Shown: positions 56,549 through 64,000 of the stretch, piece by piece
Position numbering within the stretch: position 1 is the first letter of the stretch
Layout: each line of letters opens with the position of its first letter
NCBI GenBank assembly: GCA_963674755.2
Contig: CAXXVS010000002.1
Coordinates: 1,024,001-1,088,000, forward strand
Direction: 5' to 3'
Origin: Desulfobacterales bacterium
GTDB taxonomy: Bacteria; Desulfobacterota; Desulfobacteria; Desulfobacterales; UBA5852
DNA: 64,000 nt
Program-made: the position numbers and the translations under genes
Notes under the pieces: generated by a model
What the model was told of the DNA's origin: nothing
The model's database searches: none
The model's input: only the letters and a program-made list of their open reading frames with translations

Positions 56549-57304
56549 CTAATGTTCGATAACGTTGGCGCGCCGCAGTTTATTGCGCAGTCGGATAATG
56601 GCCTGGGAATGAATCTGGGAGACTCTGGATTCCGTAATATTCAAAACTTTCCCGGTTTCCTTCATGTTGAGCTCGTCAAAATAATACAAAGACAACACCA
56701 ATTTCTCTTTGTCCGGCAATTGTTCGATCGCTTGCGCCATCACAACCTTGAGCTCGTTCAGGTTGGCCATGGAAAAGGCATCCGGGGCGTCGTCGGTGAC
56801 ATATTTCAAAAGACGCCCCTTGTCATTGGAGTCGGAATAGCCCATCTCTTCGAAGCTGATAAAAGAAATGGTGGAGAGCTTCTTGATGGCATCGAGCTGT
56901 CCAAGATCAATTTGCAGCATCTCGGCAACTTCATGGTCATCGGCATCACGTCCCAATTGCTGTTCGAGCAGTGCATAGGCGTGATCCATCTCCCGGATCT
57001 TGCGACGGTTGGACCGTGAGAGAAAGTCGCGCGACCGCAATTCGCTTAACACCGCCCCGCGAATGCGGTGGGTGGCATAAGTGATAAATTTGTTGTCGCG
57101 GCTGGCGTCATAGCGATCGATGGCCTGAATCAATCCGATCACGCCGACGTTGTAAAGATCATCGATGTCAACCGAGGAAGGCAGGTGGATCGCCATCCGA
57201 TTGACAATCCGTTTGACGTGCGGCAGGTACTCCATCATCAACTGCTCCCGGCTTTGCGGCAAGTTCTGCTCCATCTGATGGGTATCGCTTTTCAATGCTT
57301 TCAT
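56549..57304 (-). CDS. fliA: RNA polymerase sigma28 factor
   Basis: G.IGLIQAIDRYD, F.TYA..RIRGA, LSLYY, TESRVSQIH. Confidence 0.96.
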   Translation of the reverse strand: MKALKSDTHQMEQNLPQSREQLMMEYLPHVKRIVNRMAIHLPSSVDIDDLYNVGVIGLIQAIDRYDASRDNKFITYATHRIRGAVLSELRSRDFLSRSNRRKIREMDHAYALLEQQLGRDADDHEVAEMLQIDLGQLDAIKKLSTISFISFEEMGYSDSNDKGRLLKYVTDDAPDAFSMANLNELKVVMAQAIEQLPDKEKLVLSLYYFDELNMKETGKVLNITESRVSQIHSQAIIRLRNKLRRANVIEH

Positions 57305-57352
57305 AAGGGCACCTTTGGAACGTTTTAACGGTTCCATCGAAATTGCATGAGG

Positions 57353-58270
57353 TTAATATTTTCGTGAAATGACACCATCCTGGAAGATATGGCCCCAGAA
57401 AAGATGGGGCACGCCCTGGTCGACTTTGACTTCCGGCAGCGCCTTGGTTCTGCGGGCCAGGTTCCGAAAGCCATACGTCGCCGCCGATTCCGGATAGGCC
57501 TGGCTGATGATCCGCTGCTTTTTCACACAGCGCACGAGATTCTCATCCTGCTGAATACAGCCGAAATAATCCATATTGATGGCCAGGAACTTCTGGGTGA
57601 CCAGGTTTAGTTGGCGGAAAATCTCGCGGCCTTCCTGTTCGCTGGACACCTGGTTGACAATCAAATGGCAGGTTTTCTCGGCATAGCGGGTGGAAAGAAC
57701 TTTCATCAGGGCGTAGGCGTCTGTAATCGAGGTCGGCTCGGGTGTTACCACCACCATAATTTCCTGGGCCGAAACACTGAAATCCATCACATTCGGAGAG
57801 ATACCGGCGGCTGAATCGATCAGAAGGATGTCGATTGAATCCAGAAGTTGATCCAGCGCACTGAGCAAACGCATTTTCTGTTCGCGTGAAAGCTGGGTGA
57901 GCTCCTGAATTCCGGAGGCGGCCGGTAAAATGGATACGTCACCCGGCCCTTCGATAACGATATCCCGGATCGATTTTTCGCCCGATAAAACATGGGATAG
58001 ATTGAACCGGGGGGCCAGCCCGAGCAGAATATCAAGATTGCCCAGGCCGAGATCGGCATCGAGGATCAGCACCCGCTGGCCCGCACGGCTCAGCTGATAC
58101 CCTAAGTTGGCGACAATATTGGTTTTCCCAACACCGCCCTTGCCACTGGTAACCGATATTATCCGTGCGGCTGAGCGTCTGGCGGCCGTGAGGCCGGCCA
58201 TGGAAACCGCCGGCCGGGGTTTGCGGGAATGCAGCGAAATGATTTTCTCGTTGAACTGCTGTGTTGTCAT
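57353..58270 (-). CDS. flhG: MinD-like flagellar number regulator
   Basis: SGKGGVGKT, DADLGLGN, PEPTSITDAY. Confidence 0.93.
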   Translation of the reverse strand: MTTQQFNEKIISLHSRKPRPAVSMAGLTAARRSAARIISVTSGKGGVGKTNIVANLGYQLSRAGQRVLILDADLGLGNLDILLGLAPRFNLSHVLSGEKSIRDIVIEGPGDVSILPAASGIQELTQLSREQKMRLLSALDQLLDSIDILLIDSAAGISPNVMDFSVSAQEIMVVVTPEPTSITDAYALMKVLSTRYAEKTCHLIVNQVSSEQEGREIFRQLNLVTQKFLAINMDYFGCIQQDENLVRCVKKQRIISQAYPESAATYGFRNLARRTKALPEVKVDQGVPHLFWGHIFQDGVISRKY

Positions 58271-58308
58271 CGAGGTACGGCTCCTGGCTTTTAATCGAGA
58301 CCTTGGGG

Positions 58309-59682
58309 CTATAGGGCAGCGCGCTCCCTGGACAAAATACCGGTGATAGACAAGTGTTGCGGATTACAATAACGGCACGGTTTGAAACGGTGGTTCAGGG
58401 CTTCGGCAAACGAACCGAACTCGACAATGTTGGCCCGGTTGATCAGCCGGATCCATTTGCATTCGGGGCGATGGAAGATGTCGGAATTCTTGTTGGCGAG
58501 ATAAATTCCGCTGAGCTGTTCGTCCGGCCCAAGGCCGGTCTTCGGTGGATGCCCGTCTTCTAACCCTTCGGGGGCATTCCCTGCTTCCTGCGGCAGGAAA
58601 CGGGCCGTCAGGTTTTCAATCGTCGCTTGCGTCAAGTCAAGCGGAACCCGGGGGCCGGCACTATAGTAATAGACAGCCAAGCCGTGCCGGCAAAGGAAAT
58701 TGACCAGGTCCGTGTAAGCTCGTGTCAGGTCGGTTTTGGTGATGACGGTTCCCACAGGGTTTAAAACGGCATAGCGCTGGAGGGTGGCGTTTAAATCGTC
58801 TTCACGATTTTCAGCGCTCACGACCAGAAGTGGTCGTACGCCTCCCAAGCGCTGGAATTGGGCTTGAATGCACGTCATCTGCTGGTTGGTATGGGGATGG
58901 ACCGCCGGGGTGTCGATTAGAATGATGCGGCAGTGTTGCAATCGTTCCAAGGCCTGCGGCATATCGTTTTCCGTTTGCGGCAATGCCAGGGGAAGCTTCA
59001 TGCTGTCGGCATAGCACTGGAGCTGTTCATGGCCGCCAATGCGATGACGATCCAGAGAAATCAGGCCGACCGATTTTTTTTGGGTGTACGTGAAAGCGGC
59101 CGCCAGTTTGGCCAGGGTTACGGTTTTCCCCACGCCGGCGTTTCCCACCAGGCCAATGAGGGTCGGACCGTCCTGGTTCAGCTGCACGGCCCCCACGGTC
59201 AATCCGTTTTTCGCCAGGTAGCGTCCCATCGAGAGATCGTTGGCCTGATGCGAAGGGCGCTGCGCTTTGTCAACGCCTTCTTGACCGAGGGCATCGGTCT
59301 GCGCGGATGACCGGCGCGCTGCATCATGGGTTTGGTAATGTCTGACCGCGCGCGCCGCCAGGGCTTTAAATCTTGTGATATCATTGCGCTGGTGGACTGT
59401 TTCCCGACGGGCGTGATTGGCGGCCGCCCCGTCGACGGCAACCGGCTGCCCTTTTCCGTCGGGGAGTTTTTTCGCTGCAAGGTTACGATCGGGCAGCGTA
59501 CCCGGGTAGTCTTCATCCACGGCCGCCGTCACTTCCACCCCGATCTTGCGCGAAATGCCGAGCAGACGATTTTCCCGCCGCAAGTCCTTGGCCGACAGGA
59601 TAACGGCTTCCGGCCCGAGAGCCCGTTTGATCTGGCGCAAGGCATCCGTCATGTTTTTGGCCTCAAAGCGCTTAATCTGCAT
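58309..59682 (-). CDS. flhF: FlhF-like SRP GTPase with C-terminal Ada-type Zn-binding domain
   Basis: MQIKRFEA...AL..IK..LGPEAVILS, GVGKT, TKTD, G.RVP.DL; tail FHRPEC...KPCRYC. Confidence 0.85.
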   Translation of the reverse strand: MQIKRFEAKNMTDALRQIKRALGPEAVILSAKDLRRENRLLGISRKIGVEVTAAVDEDYPGTLPDRNLAAKKLPDGKGQPVAVDGAAANHARRETVHQRNDITRFKALAARAVRHYQTHDAARRSSAQTDALGQEGVDKAQRPSHQANDLSMGRYLAKNGLTVGAVQLNQDGPTLIGLVGNAGVGKTVTLAKLAAAFTYTQKKSVGLISLDRHRIGGHEQLQCYADSMKLPLALPQTENDMPQALERLQHCRIILIDTPAVHPHTNQQMTCIQAQFQRLGGVRPLLVVSAENREDDLNATLQRYAVLNPVGTVITKTDLTRAYTDLVNFLCRHGLAVYYYSAGPRVPLDLTQATIENLTARFLPQEAGNAPEGLEDGHPPKTGLGPDEQLSGIYLANKNSDIFHRPECKWIRLINRANIVEFGSFAEALNHRFKPCRYCNPQHLSITGILSRERAAL

Positions 59683-61774
59683 GCTTCATCTCCACCGTAC
59701 CAATCGTTTGAATCTGCGCATTGTTCATGACCTCATCATAGGATAGCACCGCCAAGTTGGGCACCATCCGGTCGATCAACCGTTTGAAGTGCGGTCGCAC
59801 CTGCGCGGAGCACAAGACGACCGGCTGGCTGTTGAGGGCGGCAAACGTCTCGATGTGTTTGCCCAGAGCGTGAACGATCTTCTCCACGGAACGCGGATCC
59901 ATGGCCAAAAAGCTGCCATGATCCGTACGCTGGATCGCATCGGAGACGGCTTTTTCGACGCTATGGTCGAGGGTCACCCCGGCCAATGTGCCATCGGTTT
60001 TCAGGTAGGTTCGTACAATCGAGCGCGCCAAGGCTTGGCGGACATACTCCGTCAGAATATCCAAGTCTTTGGTCATGGGCGCCCAATCCGCGAGGGTCTC
60101 CAGAATGGCCAGCAGATCGCGAATCGGAACTTGCTCTTTCAACAGGTTTTGCAGCACCTTGACGACACCGCCCAGCGGCAGGAGATTGGGAATCAATTCC
60201 TCCACCACCTTGGGGTAGGTCTGCCTGAAATGGTCCAACATGCGTTGGACTTCCTGGCGTCCGATCAGTTCATGTGCATGGCGGGTGATCACATCCGAAA
60301 TATGCGTCGTCATGACGGTGGCCAGATCGACAACGGTAAAGCCGTTTGCAATAGCGCTTTCGCGATAGTTCTCTTTGATCCATACGGCGGGCAGACCGTA
60401 CGTCGGCTCATTGGTCGAAATGCCTTCGATCTGGCCGACGGCATCACCGGGGTTCATGGCGAGAAAATGGTTCAGCATCAATTCCCCACGGGTGATTTCG
60501 TTTCCCTTGAGCATAATGCGATATTCTCCGGGCTGCAATTGCATGTTGTCCTGAATGTGAACTGGAGGCACAAGCAGCCCGATTTCATCCGCGGTCTGAT
60601 GCCGAATGGATTTGATGCGTGTTAAAAGCTCTCCGTTTTGCTCCACATCCACCAGTGGAATCAAACCGTAGCCGACCTCCAGGGATAAAATGTCGAGAGG
60701 CGGCAGTGTCTCGATGTTTTCGACGACGTTTTCCGATTGCGATAAAAGATCCGCAGCTTCCTCTTCCTTGGCGGCGTCATCACCGGCCTTGTATATGACA
60801 TAGGCCACGGCAGCTGCGAGGGCGGCCAACGTAATGAAGGGCAGGGTCGGCAACCCGGGAATCAAAGCAAACCCGAAAAGCACGGCTGAGGTAATACCGA
60901 TGGCGCGATGTTGCATAAGAACTTGCGAGGTGATGTCGCGTCCCAGACTGGACTCGGATCCGGCTCGGCTCACGATGATGCCGGCCGCGGTTGAAATGAT
61001 CAATGCCGGAATTTGCGAAACGAGGCCGTCGCCAACGGTCAGCAGGGTATAATTTTGAGCGGCATCGCCGAAGTTCATACCGTTTTGGAGGACTCCGATG
61101 GTCAAGCCGCCCAGGATATTGATCATCGTAATGATGATACCGGCAATGGCGTCTCCCCGTACGAATTTATTGGCGCCATCCATGGCGCCGTAATATTCGG
61201 CTTCACGGGCAATATTTTCACGGCGTTTGCGTGCTTCGTCTTCGGTAATGAGCCCGGCATTCATGTCTGCGTCAATGCTCATCTGCTTGCCGGGCATGGC
61301 GTCCAATGTAAAGCGCGCGGCCACTTCGGCAATCCGTCCCGCGCCTTTGGTAATGACCATGAAGTTGATGATGACCAGAATCAGGAAGACAATGATACCG
61401 ACTAAATAATTGCCGCCCACCACAAAGCTGCCGAAGGCCTGAATGACTTTGCCGGCAGCGCCGGTGCCTTCCATGCCGCCCAACAGGATGACCCGGGTGG
61501 AGGCAATATTGAGCGACAGACGAAACAGGGTGGCCAGGAGCAGAATCGTCGGAAAAGAGGACAATTGCAGGGGGTGGACGATATACATCCCCACCAGCAA
61601 AATGACGATGGAGAGGGTAATATTGAAGCTGAGCAGGAGGTCCAGAATAAACGCCGGCAGAGGGAGAATCATGAAAACCAGGATGCCTACGACCAGGACC
61701 GCCATGAGGATGTCGGAATTATTGGTCAGGGCGGCCAATTGCCCCGGAAGTTGTTTCTGCTCGGCGTATTCCAT
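59672..61774 (-). CDS. flhA: flagellar export apparatus protein
   Basis: RIAEVAARFTLDAMPGKQMSIDAD, GAMDGANKFVRGDA, VGDGLVSQIP. Confidence 0.98.
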   Translation of the reverse strand: MEYAEQKQLPGQLAALTNNSDILMAVLVVGILVFMILPLPAFILDLLLSFNITLSIVILLVGMYIVHPLQLSSFPTILLLATLFRLSLNIASTRVILLGGMEGTGAAGKVIQAFGSFVVGGNYLVGIIVFLILVIINFMVITKGAGRIAEVAARFTLDAMPGKQMSIDADMNAGLITEDEARKRRENIAREAEYYGAMDGANKFVRGDAIAGIIITMINILGGLTIGVLQNGMNFGDAAQNYTLLTVGDGLVSQIPALIISTAAGIIVSRAGSESSLGRDITSQVLMQHRAIGITSAVLFGFALIPGLPTLPFITLAALAAAVAYVIYKAGDDAAKEEEAADLLSQSENVVENIETLPPLDILSLEVGYGLIPLVDVEQNGELLTRIKSIRHQTADEIGLLVPPVHIQDNMQLQPGEYRIMLKGNEITRGELMLNHFLAMNPGDAVGQIEGISTNEPTYGLPAVWIKENYRESAIANGFTVVDLATVMTTHISDVITRHAHELIGRQEVQRMLDHFRQTYPKVVEELIPNLLPLGGVVKVLQNLLKEQVPIRDLLAILETLADWAPMTKDLDILTEYVRQALARSIVRTYLKTDGTLAGVTLDHSVEKAVSDAIQRTDHGSFLAMDPRSVEKIVHALGKHIETFAALNSQPVVLCSAQVRPHFKRLIDRMVPNLAVLSYDEVMNNAQIQTIGTVEMKHAD

Positions 61775-61835
61775 TCGTGTTCCGATAATAAAGGCTGAGG
61801 TTGACGGACGCTGCACGCGTTGACCGGAAGCATTT

Positions 61836-61852
61836 TGCATGAATCATGCCTA
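61836..61852 (-). promoter_or_regulatory. sigma54 promoter for flhA operon
   Basis: minus strand TAGGCATGATTCATGCA, GG-N10-GC, ~60 bp before ATG. Confidence 0.55.
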
Positions 61853-62325
61853 ACAATGGATAGGGCCGGGACCTTGCGCACATCGCCGGTCATGCGCAAA
61901 ATTATCGGAACAAATTCAACATAATATCGAGGCGTCGACGACTTCGCCGGACGTGAAATGCCCATGCCGAATCGTGCTTTAGCTGCCAAGCAGGGGGTCA
62001 ATGTCAAGCTTTTGACGGACGCGGCCCTGCCGTGCAGAATCTGATTTATATAGGGGGCATCCATCGATGGCCAATTTTGGTTTCCGGCATGGCCGAGTGC
62101 GTTTTCCAGCTCTGCGGGGCTGCCATCCGATCGATTCCGAACGGTGGGTGTCGACCGGAAGTTGATCGTTGGCGATTTCAAGGAATGGAAACGAGCGCGA
62201 ACGCCGACGTGTCCGCCAAAGGTGGATATATCCCGGATCGGGGTCCCGGAGAGGCATTCATGTGCCCTACCCGTTTGTCAGCCATAACAAGGAGGCGCTA
62301 CCTTAAAAGGCCAAACAGAGGGAGA

Positions 62326-63402
62326 TCAGCCGGGATGACTAATGCCCTTGAGGCGATAGACGTAGGCCAGAACTTCCGCCACGGCACGGTAAAGTTCGGT
62401 CGGAATAAACCCGCCGATCTCGGTGGAGCCATAGAGCGCTCTTGCCAGGGGCTTGTTCTCGACCAAGGGCACATCGTGTTCCTGGGCGATTTCACGAATG
62501 CGCTGGGCGATATGGTCGGCGCCTTTGGCGACCACCTGGGGAGCGTCCATCTTCTGGGCGTCAAACGTGATGGCAATGGCAAAATGCGTGGGGTTGGTGA
62601 TAACCACATCGGCCGTTGGAATCGCCGCCATCATGCGGCGCTGGGCCATTTCCATCTGCATGCTGCGAATGCGTGACTTGACCTGCGGGTCACCGTCGCT
62701 TTGTTTGCGTTCTTCCTTGACTTCCTGCTTGGTCATCATCAGGTCCTTGCGATGCTGCCAACGCTGGTAGGCAAAGTCCGCTGCCGCCAGAACGATGAGT
62801 CCCAGGCACACGAAAAAAGCGATTTTAAACGCCACGGTCCCCATATAGAGGGCCGTTTCCGTGACATCAGCACGGATCAGCGCAGGAATGGCCACAAGTT
62901 CCCGGCGCAAAACCAGATAGGCAATCAGCCCCACGAACCCGATTTTAAGAATCGACTTGACAAGCTCCACCAACGCCTTGATCGAAACCAGGCGTTTTAC
63001 CCCACTGATGGGGTTGAGCTTTTTAAGGTCCGGGGCCAGCATATCTTCTTTGATATTGAAGCCAACCTGCGCCACGTTGGCCACGATGCCGATGACCAGC
63101 AGGGCGACCATCATCGGCATGAGAATGGACAGGGTCCCCTCCACCAGCCAGACGGCCATGAGACGAACCGATTCCACCGAATGCGTCCACCCGCCATTGA
63201 GGTTCCGAAAACTGACCTGCATGAGATCGGCCAATTTGCGTGCCATGGTCTGGCCGCTGAAAAAGAAAACCGCCAGGGAGGTCATCAGAATCATGGCCGA
63301 AGGAATCTCGCGGCTCTGGGCCACCTGCCCTTTTTTGCGCGCATCCGCCAGTTTCTTGGCGGTCGGTTTTTCGGTACGGTCCATGCCGTTGTCTTGGGCC
63401 AT
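62326..63402 (-). CDS. flhB: flagellar export switch protein
   Basis: RTEKPT, GDPQVK, NPTH autocleavage motif, LARALY. Confidence 0.98.
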   Translation of the reverse strand: MAQDNGMDRTEKPTAKKLADARKKGQVAQSREIPSAMILMTSLAVFFFSGQTMARKLADLMQVSFRNLNGGWTHSVESVRLMAVWLVEGTLSILMPMMVALLVIGIVANVAQVGFNIKEDMLAPDLKKLNPISGVKRLVSIKALVELVKSILKIGFVGLIAYLVLRRELVAIPALIRADVTETALYMGTVAFKIAFFVCLGLIVLAAADFAYQRWQHRKDLMMTKQEVKEERKQSDGDPQVKSRIRSMQMEMAQRRMMAAIPTADVVITNPTHFAIAITFDAQKMDAPQVVAKGADHIAQRIREIAQEHDVPLVENKPLARALYGSTEIGGFIPTELYRAVAEVLAYVYRLKGISHPG

Positions 63403-63412
63403 CCTCTCCCCC

Positions 63413-64000
63413 TTATTGTCCCATCAACCTGAAAAGCGGCACCAGCCCTGCCCCGAAATGATTGAACAATTCCTGCAGGTAGGGCTGTAGATAGGGCAGG
63501 CTGAAGACGATGAAAAGCAGCCCCACCACGATCTTGAGCGGCATGGCCACGATAAAGATGTTCATCTGGGGCACCGTACGCGCCATCAGCCCGAAGGATA
63601 CGCTGGTCAGAATGAGCACCACGATGATCGGTGCGCCGATCTTGAGCGCGATGACAAACATATTGCCGGCCATCTGCATCAGATACCCGACAAACGAGGA
63701 TGACAATGAAAATTCAAACGGCGGGAGGATGACGAAACTCTCCACCAGTGCCCGGAAAAACCAGTGATGGGCGTTGATGGTCAGAAAAATCAGCATAGCC
63801 ATCAGGTTGAAGGCCTGGGCCAGGATGGGGGTCTGCATGCTGGTGGCCGGATCCATGATGTTGGCGATGGCCAGCCCCATCTGATAGCCGGCGACCTGAC
63901 CGGCCATCTGGACACCGGCCATAATGAGACGGATGGCCAGACCGACGCCCAGCCCCAGCAGAACTTCACTGATGACACCCAGCGTCAGAAAAGACCACCC
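63413..64000 (-). CDS. fliR: flagellar export protein FliR (5' end outside window)
   Basis: AG....YQMG, DP, ARTVPQMNIF...PLK; directly upstream of flhB. Confidence 0.93.
   Translation of the reverse strand, partial: GWSFLTLGVISEVLLGLGVGLAIRLIMAGVQMAGQVAGYQMGLAIANIMDPATSMQTPILAQAFNLMAMLIFLTINAHHWFFRALVESFVILPPFEFSLSSSFVGYLMQMAGNMFVIALKIGAPIIVVLILTSVSFGLMARTVPQMNIFIVAMPLKIVVGLLFIVFSLPYLQPYLQELFNHFGAGLVPLFRLMGQ

Noticed and set aside
61726..62320. ORFs in the flhB-flhA gap
   Set aside because: They overlap neighbours and lack motifs; the gap is better explained as a sigma54 promoter/enhancer region.

Overview
Chromosomal window from a bacterium whose gene content and protein style suggest a sulfate-reducing Desulfobacterota (Desulfobacterales-like); this taxonomy is inference only. 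Left to right: (1) 1-6400, a visibly AT-rich surface-glycan modification island (GT4 glycosyltransferase, two SAM methyltransferases, a sulfotransferase, an AT3-SGNH O-acyltransferase) containing a 171-bp MITE-like element; (2) an IS1182-like element whose transposase has one in-frame stop; (3) a secreted FN3 protein with three near-identical 117-aa repeats behind a sigma54-type promoter; (4) a wHTH regulator-rmlC-rmlD-DegT-rmlB-rmlA operon and comEA; (5) an aroA-aroC-aminotransferase-tyrA operon preceded by what looks like a complete ribosome-stalling attenuator with an F-G-Y-Y-W leader peptide; (6) a VOC protein, manA, a Ser/Thr kinase-PP2C-double FHA module, a GT4+HAD pair, a CNNM/TlyC protein, efp, a divergent TrpF-like protein, guaA and larB; (7) a large minus-strand flagellar cluster (fliR to flgL) with a chemotaxis cassette lacking cheW and MCP genes between flgN and flgK. 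Unusual architectures in the cluster: CheA with MshEN-like repeats, FlhF fused to an Ada-type Zn domain, and a CheX-CheX-FliN fusion. No rRNA, tRNA or CRISPR array was recognised. All calls come from reading motifs by eye; no searches were run.
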